This document shows positions 9,050 to 18,493 of a stretch of DNA of 32,000 nucleotides, one piece after another. The notes under the pieces were generated by a model, which was given only the letters and a program-made list of their open reading frames with translations, did no database searches and had not been told where the DNA came from. The DNA lies in sequence record CM069771.1; one strand, given 5' to 3'. How positions within the stretch are numbered: position 1 is the first letter of the stretch; each line of letters opens with the position of its first letter. A program made the translations under genes and the position numbers.

Positions 9050-9577
9050 ATGAAGAAGACTCCAAATAAAAAAGGATATAAATATGAAAAAAAATTAAAA
9101 GAAATACAAGAGTGCTTTAGTAGTACTGGACCAATCTTTATAGGACAATTAATGTCCTTAAGTGGTGCAGAATATAATATGTTACGAAAATATGCAATAG
9201 AACATAAAATAAAACTGATACATATAAATGCAAATCAAGTAAAAAATGTATTTAGTAATGTAAATGAAATTATCTTAAATAACACAATGGTGTTAATAAA
9301 AGCACCAACAATGGAAGTTTTTAATAAGGTAATAGAATATGTAAAAAATTATGAAGCACAAATACTACCTTTAGAAATGTTAATCAATGAAGAAGAGAGT
9401 TATAGAGTAGTAAGAGAGCAACAATATTTAGAGTATAAAAAGGAAATGGAAAAAGTAGGAACGACAAAAGAAGCGGGATTAGTAGGATTAACAAAAATGT
9501 TACAAGTGAATACCGGGATGAGAGCAGTAAAATTAATAAAAATACTAAATGATTACAATAAACCAAATAAAGGATAG
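9050..9577 (+). CDS. Unassigned 175-aa ORF, possibly a highly divergent ribosomal protein L10
   Basis: It sits directly after rpl11, where bacteria and jakobid mtDNAs carry rpl1-rpl10-rpl12. Aligned by eye to E. coli L10, the pattern is similar: [40 protein letters not shown] ... [10 protein letters not shown] ... VIEYVKNYE versus [40 protein letters not shown] ... GPTLIAYS ... LFKEFAKAN. The ORF overlaps rps12 by 29 nt. Confidence 0.4.
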   Translation: MKKTPNKKGYKYEKKLKEIQECFSSTGPIFIGQLMSLSGAEYNMLRKYAIEHKIKLIHINANQVKNVFSNVNEIILNNTMVLIKAPTMEVFNKVIEYVKNYEAQILPLEMLINEEESYRVVREQQYLEYKKEMEKVGTTKEAGLVGLTKMLQVNTGMRAVKLIKILNDYNKPNKG

Positions 9578-9971
9578 AAAAGCAAGACAACCAAAAAAAA
9601 AAAGAGTAACCCTATTAACAGGGTATCCCCAAAAAAAGGGATTTTGTATAAGAGTATATGAAACCAAACCAAAAAAGCCAAATTCTGCAATTAGAAAAGT
9701 AGCAAAAGTCTCCATAAAATTAAAAAATAAAAGAAGAAATGTAATTGCGTATATACCAGGCTTTGGACCACATAATTTACAACAATTATCTACTGTATTA
9801 ATAAGAGGAGGAAGAGCACCAGATTTACCAGGTGTAAAATATCGAATGGTGAGAAAACATTATGATTTTCAAATAGGAGAAAGATATCCACGAAAAAATA
9901 GAAGATCAAAATTTTCAGTAAAAAATGAAAAAGTAGCAGCAAAAAAAGGAAAAGCGATAAAAATAGGATAA
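9549..9971 (+). CDS. rps12: Ribosomal protein S12
   Basis: 140 aa with TINQ at the N-terminus, [26 protein letters not shown], and [15 protein letters not shown]. Confidence 0.97.
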   Translation: MITINQIKDRKARQPKKKRVTLLTGYPQKKGFCIRVYETKPKKPNSAIRKVAKVSIKLKNKRRNVIAYIPGFGPHNLQQLSTVLIRGGRAPDLPGVKYRMVRKHYDFQIGERYPRKNRRSKFSVKNEKVAAKKGKAIKIG

Positions 9972-10460
9972 ATGGTAATAAATTTTCCAAAAACGTTTGA
10001 AAGAAGATTAATAAATGCATTTATGCGAAAAGGAAAATACATAAAAGCGGAGAAAATCTATTTTACAGTATTGAATCGATTAACAACGCTTGGAATTTTA
10101 AATCCATATAAATTTGTAAGAGAAACCTTAGTAAAAATGACACCAATTATGGGAGTAGTAAAAAAAAAAAGAGGAGTAAAAGAGTTTGTATATCCAAAAT
10201 ATTTAGAGCCGAGATTAGGAGAGAAATTTGCAATACAATGGTTAGTAAAAAAATTAGATAAACAAAAAGGAGCTGCATTAATAAATAGTATTGTAGAAGA
10301 ATTTTTAAAGGCATCAAAAAAACAAGGGGATGTAATAAAAGAAAAATGGGCATTATATAAAGAAGTGAGATATGCATTAAGTTTTAATAAACATAAAAGA
10401 AAAAAATTAACATTTGTAGAAAGAAAATTAAGATCCACAAAAAGAAGAAAATGGTATTAA
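9972..10460 (+). CDS. rps7: Ribosomal protein S7
   Basis: 162 aa. LINAFMRKGKYIKAEKIYFTVL parallels the E. coli S7 segment [22 protein letters not shown]. Its position after rps12 is the conserved str-operon order. Confidence 0.9.
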   Translation: MVINFPKTFERRLINAFMRKGKYIKAEKIYFTVLNRLTTLGILNPYKFVRETLVKMTPIMGVVKKKRGVKEFVYPKYLEPRLGEKFAIQWLVKKLDKQKGAALINSIVEEFLKASKKQGDVIKEKWALYKEVRYALSFNKHKRKKLTFVERKLRSTKRRKWY

Positions 10461-11251
10461 ATTGGAGAGGTATAAAAAGTCGATTATATAGTGGAAAACG
10501 ACGAATAGATGGTAGAAGTAAAGGGTTAATAGCAATAAGATCTAGAGGAGGAGCTTTAAAAAGAAAATATAGATATATCGAACATTATAAACAAAAATGG
10601 ATGGATAAATGGTTATTTGTAATGCGTATAGAATATGATCCAAATAGAAGTGCACATATAGCATTATGTAGTATATTAAAAGAAGGAATTTATTTTTATG
10701 TAATCAGTGTAGCAAAATTAGAAGTAGGATCATTAATTATAACGAGTAATATCAAACAAGGAATTTTACAAGTAGGTTATACAACGAAAATAAAAAATAT
10801 ACCAGAAGGAATCTTAATAAATAACATAGAATTAATTGAAAATAGTGGAAGTAAAATAAGTAGAGCCGCAGGAACAAGTTCATTAATAATAAAACAATAT
10901 AATAAAAAATATAGTTTAGTGAAATTAAGTTCAAAAGAATGTAGATTAATATCAAATGAATGTTATGCAACAATTGGAACAGTATCAAATATAGAAAGAA
11001 AAATAAAAAAAAGAAGAAAAGCTAGTGAAAGTAGATTTAGAGGGATACGACCAATAGTGCGGGGATTAGCAATGAATCCAGTAGATCATCCACATGGAGG
11101 AAGAACAAAAGGGGGAATGCATTGGAAAAGTTTTTCAGGAAAGATAGCATATAATGTTAGTAGTAGAAAAAAGAAAAAAATATCATCAAGATATATAATA
11201 ATAGGACATAGAAAACAAAGATTAATGGATAAGAAAAAAAAAAATGGTTAG
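10451..11251 (+). CDS. rpl2: Ribosomal protein L2
   Basis: 266 aa with [18 protein letters not shown] (the L2 signature) and [14 protein letters not shown]. It overlaps rps7 by 10 nt. Confidence 0.96.
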   Translation: MVLNWRGIKSRLYSGKRRIDGRSKGLIAIRSRGGALKRKYRYIEHYKQKWMDKWLFVMRIEYDPNRSAHIALCSILKEGIYFYVISVAKLEVGSLIITSNIKQGILQVGYTTKIKNIPEGILINNIELIENSGSKISRAAGTSSLIIKQYNKKYSLVKLSSKECRLISNECYATIGTVSNIERKIKKRRKASESRFRGIRPIVRGLAMNPVDHPHGGRTKGGMHWKSFSGKIAYNVSSRKKKKISSRYIIIGHRKQRLMDKKKKNG

Positions 11252-11507
11252 ATCAAGATGGAAAGGGATTTATATAGCAAAAGAATTACAAAACTACGAT
11301 GTAGTAGCAACACCAACAATAGTGACAACAGAAAGAAGTTCAGTAATAGTACCATATTATTTAACAAAAACAATCTATGTATATAATGGAAGAAAGTATG
11401 TTGGTGTAAAAATAACAGAAAAAAGTTTCGGAAGAAAATTAGGAGAATATGCGTTAACAAAAAAAGTGGAAAAATATAAAGCCTCAGGAAAATCAAAAAA
11501 GAAATAA
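11244..11507 (+). CDS. rps19: Ribosomal protein S19
   Basis: 87 aa with [30 protein letters not shown] (S19 core). It overlaps rpl2 by 8 nt. Confidence 0.95.
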   Translation: MVRSRWKGIYIAKELQNYDVVATPTIVTTERSSVIVPYYLTKTIYVYNGRKYVGVKITEKSFGRKLGEYALTKKVEKYKASGKSKKK

Positions 11508-12818
11508 ATGGGACATATAGTGAATCCAAATATTTATAGATTAGGAAACATAGTTCCATGGGTATCATCGGGGTTTAAAAGAAAAAAAAATGAAAGAAGT
11601 AAAATCGCAAATGAAGATTTTTTAATATATAATTTTACACGGAATTTTTTTTATAAACGAGTATACAAAAAAGTCGTTGGAAAAATAAAAAAAATCCAAT
11701 TAAAAGTAAAAAATAGAAGACGAGCTCGAAAATCGAAAAAAAAACGAAAATTTGGAAAAACCTCATTATTAAATCATTGGATAATAAAATATAGTCATTT
11801 AACGATAACCCGATTTAATAAAACATTTCAATTAAATTTATTTTTTTTCGATAGAGAACTACAAAAACGATATAGATTACGATATAAAAGAAGTATGCAC
11901 AAAATACAGAAGGCAAAACAAAGAAAAAAATTAAAAAAAGTGAGAATTTTAAAACGACAATTAGCACAAAAAATAAGAGAACAAAAAGGATTAACACAAA
12001 TGTACTTAACAACGCCTGTAACATTTAAGACACCAGGAATAATAGGGCAACAAGAAGGGTATGTACCAACCTTAGGTGATTTAAGTAGATCAATGGCTTT
12101 AAATGTAAGTAGTATTATAAAACCGACAAGAATGGAACATGTAAATTATAGTCTAGCAAGAGATATTAGAAAAAAAGGACAACAACAAGAAAGAATCTAT
12201 ATTTATAAAGATAATACATTTGAATCAAATAAAGTAACGGATCGGATACCATTAACAACAATTGAGGTAGCAAATGAGAATTATAAAAATTTATATTCAA
12301 AAAAATTATTAAAAAAAATATTTAAATTAAAAATATTTAAATTTACCAAATTAGTAGCGAATTTTAAATATCCAAAAGAATATCATTATATAGATTCATT
12401 ATACTTTAAAACCCAAGCAAGACTTGCAAATAACTATTTATTTGCAAAAGGAAAAGGGAATCATGACCTAAAATATGTGAATAAAAAAAAATATATAGAA
12501 ACGATTAGAAAAAGTCAAACAGGAGGAATTCAATTGCGAGAGAAAAAGGCGGTACTGAATCCAGAAAATATAGTAGATATGGTAATAGATAGATATGAAA
12601 ATAAAGCGGAATCAGATAAATATAAAAATAGAGTAACACAATTAAAAAGAAAAGAAATAGTAGGTATATTAAAACAAAATGAATTATGGAAAAAACATTA
12701 TTTACGATTAAAAATAAAAAGAAAGAAAAAAAAAATGAGAAAAAAAGTGAGAAAATTTAGACATAGATTTCCACATAAATATGCAAGAAATATAAAAGAA
12801 AAAGAAGGAAAACAATAA
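11508..12818 (+). CDS. rps3: Ribosomal protein S3, N-terminal part (436-aa ORF with a long Lys/Arg-rich expansion)
   Basis: The N-terminus MGHIVNPNIYRLGNIVPWVSSGF matches the bacterial S3 start [23 protein letters not shown]. The ORF sits between rps19 and rpl16 as in the S10 operon. It ends in a TAA that is directly followed, in the same frame, by the next ORF. Confidence 0.8.
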   Translation: MGHIVNPNIYRLGNIVPWVSSGFKRKKNERSKIANEDFLIYNFTRNFFYKRVYKKVVGKIKKIQLKVKNRRRARKSKKKRKFGKTSLLNHWIIKYSHLTITRFNKTFQLNLFFFDRELQKRYRLRYKRSMHKIQKAKQRKKLKKVRILKRQLAQKIREQKGLTQMYLTTPVTFKTPGIIGQQEGYVPTLGDLSRSMALNVSSIIKPTRMEHVNYSLARDIRKKGQQQERIYIYKDNTFESNKVTDRIPLTTIEVANENYKNLYSKKLLKKIFKLKIFKFTKLVANFKYPKEYHYIDSLYFKTQARLANNYLFAKGKGNHDLKYVNKKKYIETIRKSQTGGIQLREKKAVLNPENIVDMVIDRYENKAESDKYKNRVTQLKRKEIVGILKQNELWKKHYLRLKIKRKKKKMRKKVRKFRHRFPHKYARNIKEKEGKQ

Positions 12819-15800
12819 ATGATAAATATAAAAAAAATAATAGACGAAGAGCAAACGATGCAAGTAACAGATTATAAATTTAAAAAAACAACAAAAACAG
12901 AAAAAAAAATAAATTCTGCATTTCAAGTACATATTAAAAGTGTTCGAAAAAAACGACCTAGTGAATTATTTTTAAGATTCTTAAGTAATACAATCTATAG
13001 ATCAGCAAAAAGTCGAAAAAAAGATAATTCATATTTTTATTCCTTAGATGGTAAACTAAATAGTTCCAAAATACAAGTAGATTTTCAAAATTATTTAACA
13101 CGATATATACGATTAAAACGACAACAATTACGATATAAAAGGGTGACACCAATTATAATGAATAGTCCATTAACGAAGTTTAAAAAACAAAAAGTTAAAT
13201 ATACAAGTAATTTATTAACCAATCAGTTTTTAATGACACCCACATTTCTATTCAAGTATAGCGATCAAAAAAATAAGTTACGAAAACAAGAGTTGGCGGC
13301 ACAAAAAATAGCACGTAAAATTTTCCAATATAAAAAATATTTAAAAACTTTAAAGAAAAAAAATAAGAAAAATAAAAATAATTCTAAAAACGTAGAACCT
13401 GTGAAAAAAAAAAAAGTGAGACGACTAAAATCAGTATCAAATTACTATGGACCTAATAAAATCAGAGAAAATTTTGTAAAAAAAACAATAAAAGCACTTG
13501 TTTATTATAAGAGCTTAAAAAACAAATTTTGTTATAGCTTAATCAATTTAAAAGCAAAAGATCAACAAGTAATTAAATATTTACAATTACCAATATTTGA
13601 TAGATATCGACAATATCAGCAGTTTTTTAAATTTAAATTTAAAACGCCGTATCAAAAAGGACAACATCAAAAGGGTAAGTATCAAAAAAAACAATTAAAA
13701 AAATATAAGGAAGTAAACGCACAAAGAATATCAGACTCAAAAAAGAAGAAAAACGGATCTCGATATCGAAAAAAGCTGCAAAAATTAAGATTAAGTTTAT
13801 TTAGAAAAGCAATAGGAAATAAAAGAACAAAAGTAATGAGACAATTAGCAAAAAACTTTATAATAAGTTTAAAGGTAATTATAAAAAAACAAAAAGCAAT
13901 TCAAATAAAATTACAAACGAAATTAAAAAACGTAATAACAAGAGTTGTAAGAGTAAGTTTAGAAAAAGAAAGCCGACAATTCGAAGAAGAAATAAAAGAA
14001 CAAGTCGAAGGCGTAAATGAAATTAAAAAGTTAAGTATAATTCAAAAGACAATTAGTATAGCAGCGAAACGACAAGAAAAACAATTAAAAACAAAAATGA
14101 GATTAGCAATACAAAAATCGGCGGTAATATTTCCAAAGTATTCCTTAAAGGACAATGCGGCATATTATATAGTTGATCGGTATATGGGTAAGTGGTTAAA
14201 AAAAGAGAAGATCAAAAAGCAAGCAAAGCGAGACTTTTTTGAGAGAAAAGGGTACTTTATTAAAGGATATTTTAGTAAAGGGTATTATGTACCAGGACAA
14301 TTAAAAAAGGGATTATATGTAAAAGGACATTATGTAAAAGGACATTATGTAAGAGGCTATTATACAAAGGATAGAGAAAAAGCAATAGCAAAATTCGTAA
14401 AAAAAAAAGAGAAAGCGCTATTACGAAAAAAAGCTCGAAAGAGAAAGGGTTATATCGTGCGACTTTGGAAATCAAATATAAGAAAAGCAAAAATAGCGAA
14501 AAAAAATCGTGAAATAGTATGTTTAATATATAAAAAAAGAAGATTAAAAGTAACACGAAAGAGAGCATTACGAGAGTATAAAAGGATATTAAATGTGTTT
14601 AGTAAAGTAAATTCTCGTGGAAGATTTTTTCAAAGAAGGTGTACATTAAAAAAGAGACTTCGATTTAAAAAATTAGTCAAAAAAGTAATAAGAACCATAA
14701 TTGAGAGTCGACAAAAAAAAGCAATAAGTCAAATATTGAACTTAATAACAACGACCAAAAGTCCGCAAGCAGTGAGATCATTAAGTATTCCAAAAACAGA
14801 AATATTTAAATTAAAACAAAGTTTACTAGTTAAACGAGTAACGAGAACAGGCACGAAGTTATTTAGGAATATAAAAAAAAGAGTAGTACAATTATTAGGA
14901 GTAAAGTTAAAGGTATCAAGAGCAAGACAGCAGAAGGCGAACGGAAGTCAAAAAAAACGGAGAAATAGTAAAAATCAAAATAGGATTCAAGTAACAAGTA
15001 ATAGTTTAAATAGTTATTTAACGGATTCACTTACAACTATAAATTGGTTACGATTTTTAAAAGCAAAACAAACAGTTGTCTATAACCAATTAAGACGAGT
15101 AACAAATATTACTAAGCAAAGAAAATTAAAACAATTAAGTCGAGTCATAAAAGGAAGTACATTAAAAGTATCTTCATTATTAATAAAAGACGCAAGTCTT
15201 TCTAGAAAGCATCGACAGAATTTTAAACAAAGGCTTAAAGAATTTAAACAAGAAACAATAACAGGGGTACTACATAGACAAAGAAAAAGTTTACTTGTAA
15301 TAATGGTATTACGAGCAAAAAAAAGAAATGAATTTCGATTCGTAACCAAAATTCGAAATACGAAGTTGAAGGCAGTAGTAGCAGAAGCACAACAGGCACT
15401 TAGTATAAGAAGTACTTCCGAGGACTTAGTAAAAAAGGTAACTGAGATTAATGAGTTACTGGATGTGGGTGTATCAGAGGAGGTATTTTTACAAAATTTT
15501 GTTAATAAAGAAAAAAAAAAAGAACTGAGTGATGACTTCCAACCAGAGTTATTTGATTATTATACAGGGAAAAATTATCTAATGGATAATGGAACCTTAG
15601 TACCAGTGTCATTAACTACGAAAGTAAATCAGACACAAGTTCCAAAAGTAGAAACTGTGAAAAAAAAAAAAGGACTTAATTATCTAGGTAGTTTAGGAAA
15701 AAATTTAAATAATAAATGGAGAAACTACTTAGTTACTAAAGAGAAGGTGCGGACGACCTTTCTTAGAACTGGAGGAAGAATTAAGGGTCTAAAATTACCA

Positions 15801-17678
15801 TTCGCATCACAGCGTACTGAACAATCAACAGAAAAAGGAACTAAGCACTCAATCTATAAAGAAAAAGTACCATATAGAGGAAAGAGTCAATATAAAGGAA
15901 AACTACAAGATAAAGGAAACTTCCAATTTAGAGGAAAACCACAATTTATAAAAAAAAAGAAAAAAAAAAGAAGATTACGAGGATCATTATCCCGACGATT
16001 AAAATTACGAAAATTAGGAAAAGTACCGTATTTTATTAGACCAAGAATTATTGAACAAAAAGGATTAAAAGAGTATATGAAACAATGTAATAATCGAAGA
16101 CTATTACAACCAAAATTGAGTCAAAACAGCAGAGTAATAAAAAAGAAAAACATTGGAAAAGTAAAAGCACAACGATTATTAGAGGGGTTAGTAAGTAAAT
16201 ATTTTCAGAAGAAGACTCCAGCAAATCTAAATTTATGGATTCATCCAAAAAATTTAAGGGAATTACAAAAGAGAAACGTAAAAAGATATTATCCAAGAAC
16301 AGTAATGAATTTCTTAAAGGATTATATAAAAATTTTTTATGAAACAGCAGTAACGGTAAGTGAGGTGAGAACTAGAAGACAAGAGCATGTGATATTACAA
16401 GATTATTTATTAAACATGGGATCAACCTTAAAAGTAAAAGTATTAGAATCGTTGGAGAAAAGTGAAAAACAAGTGGTAAGTGGAAAGCGAAAAAAGAAAA
16501 GATTATTGCAAGGACTATTAAGCTGGAAACCAAGAAAATCAGGAAGTATTTGGAAAATAAAAAAAAGAAGAAGAGTAGTACTAGAACAAATAAGAGCAAT
16601 ATATAGTAAAGGCGTAAGATATAGATATAAATATAAAAATCTAAAAATAAATATAAGAAGATCAAAAAGAGTATCAAGAAGAATATTAAAAGCACATAGA
16701 AAAGCCAAACGAGAAGGAACAAAAATAAAAAAACATTTAATAATATCAAGTTATTATTATTATTTAAAAAAATTAAGATATGATAGAATTGTCTTAGATA
16801 AATTGAATTATGAAAAAAGAGATTTAAACGTAACAATAGAAGGAAAAAGAAAATTAAGTAAATTTTTATTATTCTTAATAATGAGATTGTATATAAAAAA
16901 AACAATATATAAAAGAACAAATATGCGACTAGGAATAAGAAGAGTAAAACAATTGAGAAAAAAAAAGAAAATAGCAAAAAAAATAAAAATGTTAGGAAGA
17001 AGATTACGAAACTTTACAGTAGGAGTAGCAAGTAATTCAAAAAAATATATAGGAACAGTAAAGAAGACGATTTTAATAAAAGTATTAATAAAAATCTTAA
17101 GAAGTTTATTACAAGCAGGTACTGCAGCAAAACACGGAAGAAGAAAAATAAAAGAAATAATAAAAATATTCTTATATCCAGTATTAATAAATAAACGACA
17201 AATACAAAAAGTAAGATTAAGAAAAAAAAATAAAATCTATTTAGTCATGGCGCATTTATTTTTATATAATATAAAACAATTAGTAAAAAGTGCAAATTAT
17301 AGTATAAATTTTTTTGGAATAATAGGATCAAGCATTACAGCAGACTATGTATTAAGAAGATTAAGAGAACGATTAGTAGCATGTAAAGGATCAGGATTTT
17401 GGTTTATAACAAAAATAATGAGAAAATTAATGAATTCGAAACATGTAGTAGGATTTAAATTAAAATATTCAGGAAGATTAACCGGAAATTCAATGGCACA
17501 ACAACAAATAATGAAAAGAGGAATAATAGGAAATAGTAATATGAATGTGTATATTGATTATGCACAAGATAATATAGTGCGAAAACATGGAAAATGTGGA
17601 TTAAAATTATGGATAATAAGAAACTTATTAACATATATGCCATATAAATATGTGTATACATATAATTTTAAAAAATAA
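12819..17678 (+). CDS. rps3: Giant 1619-aa Lys-rich ORF whose last 123 aa or so are the C-terminal domain of ribosomal protein S3
   Basis: The C-terminal segment (nt 17307..17675) reads ITADYVLRRLRER...VVGFKLKYSGRLTGNSMAQQQ...NVYIDYAQDNIVRKHGKCGLKLWI. It aligns by eye with the E. coli S3 segment VADSITSQLERR...[21 protein letters not shown]...[24 protein letters not shown]. The preceding 1496 aa or so have no similarity I can recognise. Confidence 0.8.
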   Translation: MINIKKIIDEEQTMQVTDYKFKKTTKTEKKINSAFQVHIKSVRKKRPSELFLRFLSNTIYRSAKSRKKDNSYFYSLDGKLNSSKIQVDFQNYLTRYIRLKRQQLRYKRVTPIIMNSPLTKFKKQKVKYTSNLLTNQFLMTPTFLFKYSDQKNKLRKQELAAQKIARKIFQYKKYLKTLKKKNKKNKNNSKNVEPVKKKKVRRLKSVSNYYGPNKIRENFVKKTIKALVYYKSLKNKFCYSLINLKAKDQQVIKYLQLPIFDRYRQYQQFFKFKFKTPYQKGQHQKGKYQKKQLKKYKEVNAQRISDSKKKKNGSRYRKKLQKLRLSLFRKAIGNKRTKVMRQLAKNFIISLKVIIKKQKAIQIKLQTKLKNVITRVVRVSLEKESRQFEEEIKEQVEGVNEIKKLSIIQKTISIAAKRQEKQLKTKMRLAIQKSAVIFPKYSLKDNAAYYIVDRYMGKWLKKEKIKKQAKRDFFERKGYFIKGYFSKGYYVPGQLKKGLYVKGHYVKGHYVRGYYTKDREKAIAKFVKKKEKALLRKKARKRKGYIVRLWKSNIRKAKIAKKNREIVCLIYKKRRLKVTRKRALREYKRILNVFSKVNSRGRFFQRRCTLKKRLRFKKLVKKVIRTIIESRQKKAISQILNLITTTKSPQAVRSLSIPKTEIFKLKQSLLVKRVTRTGTKLFRNIKKRVVQLLGVKLKVSRARQQKANGSQKKRRNSKNQNRIQVTSNSLNSYLTDSLTTINWLRFLKAKQTVVYNQLRRVTNITKQRKLKQLSRVIKGSTLKVSSLLIKDASLSRKHRQNFKQRLKEFKQETITGVLHRQRKSLLVIMVLRAKKRNEFRFVTKIRNTKLKAVVAEAQQALSIRSTSEDLVKKVTEINELLDVGVSEEVFLQNFVNKEKKKELSDDFQPELFDYYTGKNYLMDNGTLVPVSLTTKVNQTQVPKVETVKKKKGLNYLGSLGKNLNNKWRNYLVTKEKVRTTFLRTGGRIKGLKLPFASQRTEQSTEKGTKHSIYKEKVPYRGKSQYKGKLQDKGNFQFRGKPQFIKKKKKKRRLRGSLSRRLKLRKLGKVPYFIRPRIIEQKGLKEYMKQCNNRRLLQPKLSQNSRVIKKKNIGKVKAQRLLEGLVSKYFQKKTPANLNLWIHPKNLRELQKRNVKRYYPRTVMNFLKDYIKIFYETAVTVSEVRTRRQEHVILQDYLLNMGSTLKVKVLESLEKSEKQVVSGKRKKKRLLQGLLSWKPRKSGSIWKIKKRRRVVLEQIRAIYSKGVRYRYKYKNLKINIRRSKRVSRRILKAHRKAKREGTKIKKHLIISSYYYYLKKLRYDRIVLDKLNYEKRDLNVTIEGKRKLSKFLLFLIMRLYIKKTIYKRTNMRLGIRRVKQLRKKKKIAKKIKMLGRRLRNFTVGVASNSKKYIGTVKKTILIKVLIKILRSLLQAGTAAKHGRRKIKEIIKIFLYPVLINKRQIQKVRLRKKNKIYLVMAHLFLYNIKQLVKSANYSINFFGIIGSSITADYVLRRLRERLVACKGSGFWFITKIMRKLMNSKHVVGFKLKYSGRLTGNSMAQQQIMKRGIIGNSNMNVYIDYAQDNIVRKHGKCGLKLWIIRNLLTYMPYKYVYTYNFKK
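14247..14366 (+). repeat. In-frame 15-nt (5-aa) tandem repeat, about 8 units, consensus K-G-[YH]-Y-V
   Basis: Translated units are KGYFI KGYFS KGYYV PGQLK KGLYV KGHYV KGHYV RGYYT. Two adjacent units are nucleotide-identical (aaaggacattatgta at 14322-14336 and 14337-14351). Confidence 0.85.
15876..15947 (+). repeat. In-frame 18-nt (6-aa) tandem repeat, 4 units
   Basis: The units are agaggaaagagtcaatat, aaaggaaaactacaagat, aaaggaaacttccaattt and agaggaaaaccacaattt. They translate to RGKSQY KGKLQD KGNFQF RGKPQF. Confidence 0.85.
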
Positions 17679-18113
17679 ATGAAAATACCAAATAGACAAA
17701 AATTTACAAAAAATCATAAAAGAAACTTAAAAACAAAAGAAAGTAGAAAAACCGGATTAATTTTTGGAAACTTTGGAATAAAAGCAACTGAAACCGGATA
17801 TTTAAGAATGAAACAAATGGAAAGAATAAAAGCAGATTTAGTAAAAAAATTAAAAGATAATATGGATATTTATTTTAATTTTTATCCTGTATTTGGTTTA
17901 ACAAATAAAGGAACAGCACGAATGGGAGCAGGAAAAGGAGATGTATCGGATTGGTATGTGTTAGTAAAGAAAGGAAGTATAGTAGTTGAATTTATAAAGT
18001 CACGAATGACAGCAGGAGAAATGAATAAAGTAATCCGGTATAGTGCAAATAAATGGCCAATAAAAATAAAAATGACACAAGTAAAAACAGGATTATATGA
18101 AAAACAATTATGA
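17679..18113 (+). CDS. rpl16: Ribosomal protein L16
   Basis: 144 aa with FGNFGIKATETGYL, RMGAGKGDVSDWYVLVKKGSIVVEF (L16 signature) and WPIKIKM. It ends with a TGA stop. Confidence 0.96.
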   Translation: MKIPNRQKFTKNHKRNLKTKESRKTGLIFGNFGIKATETGYLRMKQMERIKADLVKKLKDNMDIYFNFYPVFGLTNKGTARMGAGKGDVSDWYVLVKKGSIVVEFIKSRMTAGEMNKVIRYSANKWPIKIKMTQVKTGLYEKQL

Positions 18114-18493
18114 TTATTAAAGGAAGTAATTTTAGTGTAATGGATAATTCAGGAGCAAAAAAAGTACAATGTATCCAAACCTTAGGAGGAAAAAAGCCAA
18201 CAAGTTTATTAAGAGTAGGTGATAAAATAGTAGTAGTAATAAAAAAAATGGAACGAGTAACGGGAGTAAAATTAAAAGTAAAAAAAAGTGATGTGTGTTA
18301 TGCAGTAATAGTAAAAAGTAAACAGAAAGTACGAAGACAAACAGGAATCTGTGTACAAGCCGCAGAAAATGGGGTAATCTTATTAAATAAAAGTAAAGAG
18401 CCAATAGGAACGAGATTAACAGGAATAGTATTTAAAGAAGCTAATAGAAATTCTTTATTAAAAAATGTATCAATATCAAAATTTATAATATAA
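18110..18493 (+). CDS. rpl14: Ribosomal protein L14
   Basis: 127 aa. MIIKGSNFSVMDNSGAKKVQCI matches the L14 N-terminus MIQ.......DNSGA. It overlaps rpl16 through an ATGA junction. Confidence 0.95.
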   Translation: MIIKGSNFSVMDNSGAKKVQCIQTLGGKKPTSLLRVGDKIVVVIKKMERVTGVKLKVKKSDVCYAVIVKSKQKVRRQTGICVQAAENGVILLNKSKEPIGTRLTGIVFKEANRNSLLKNVSISKFII

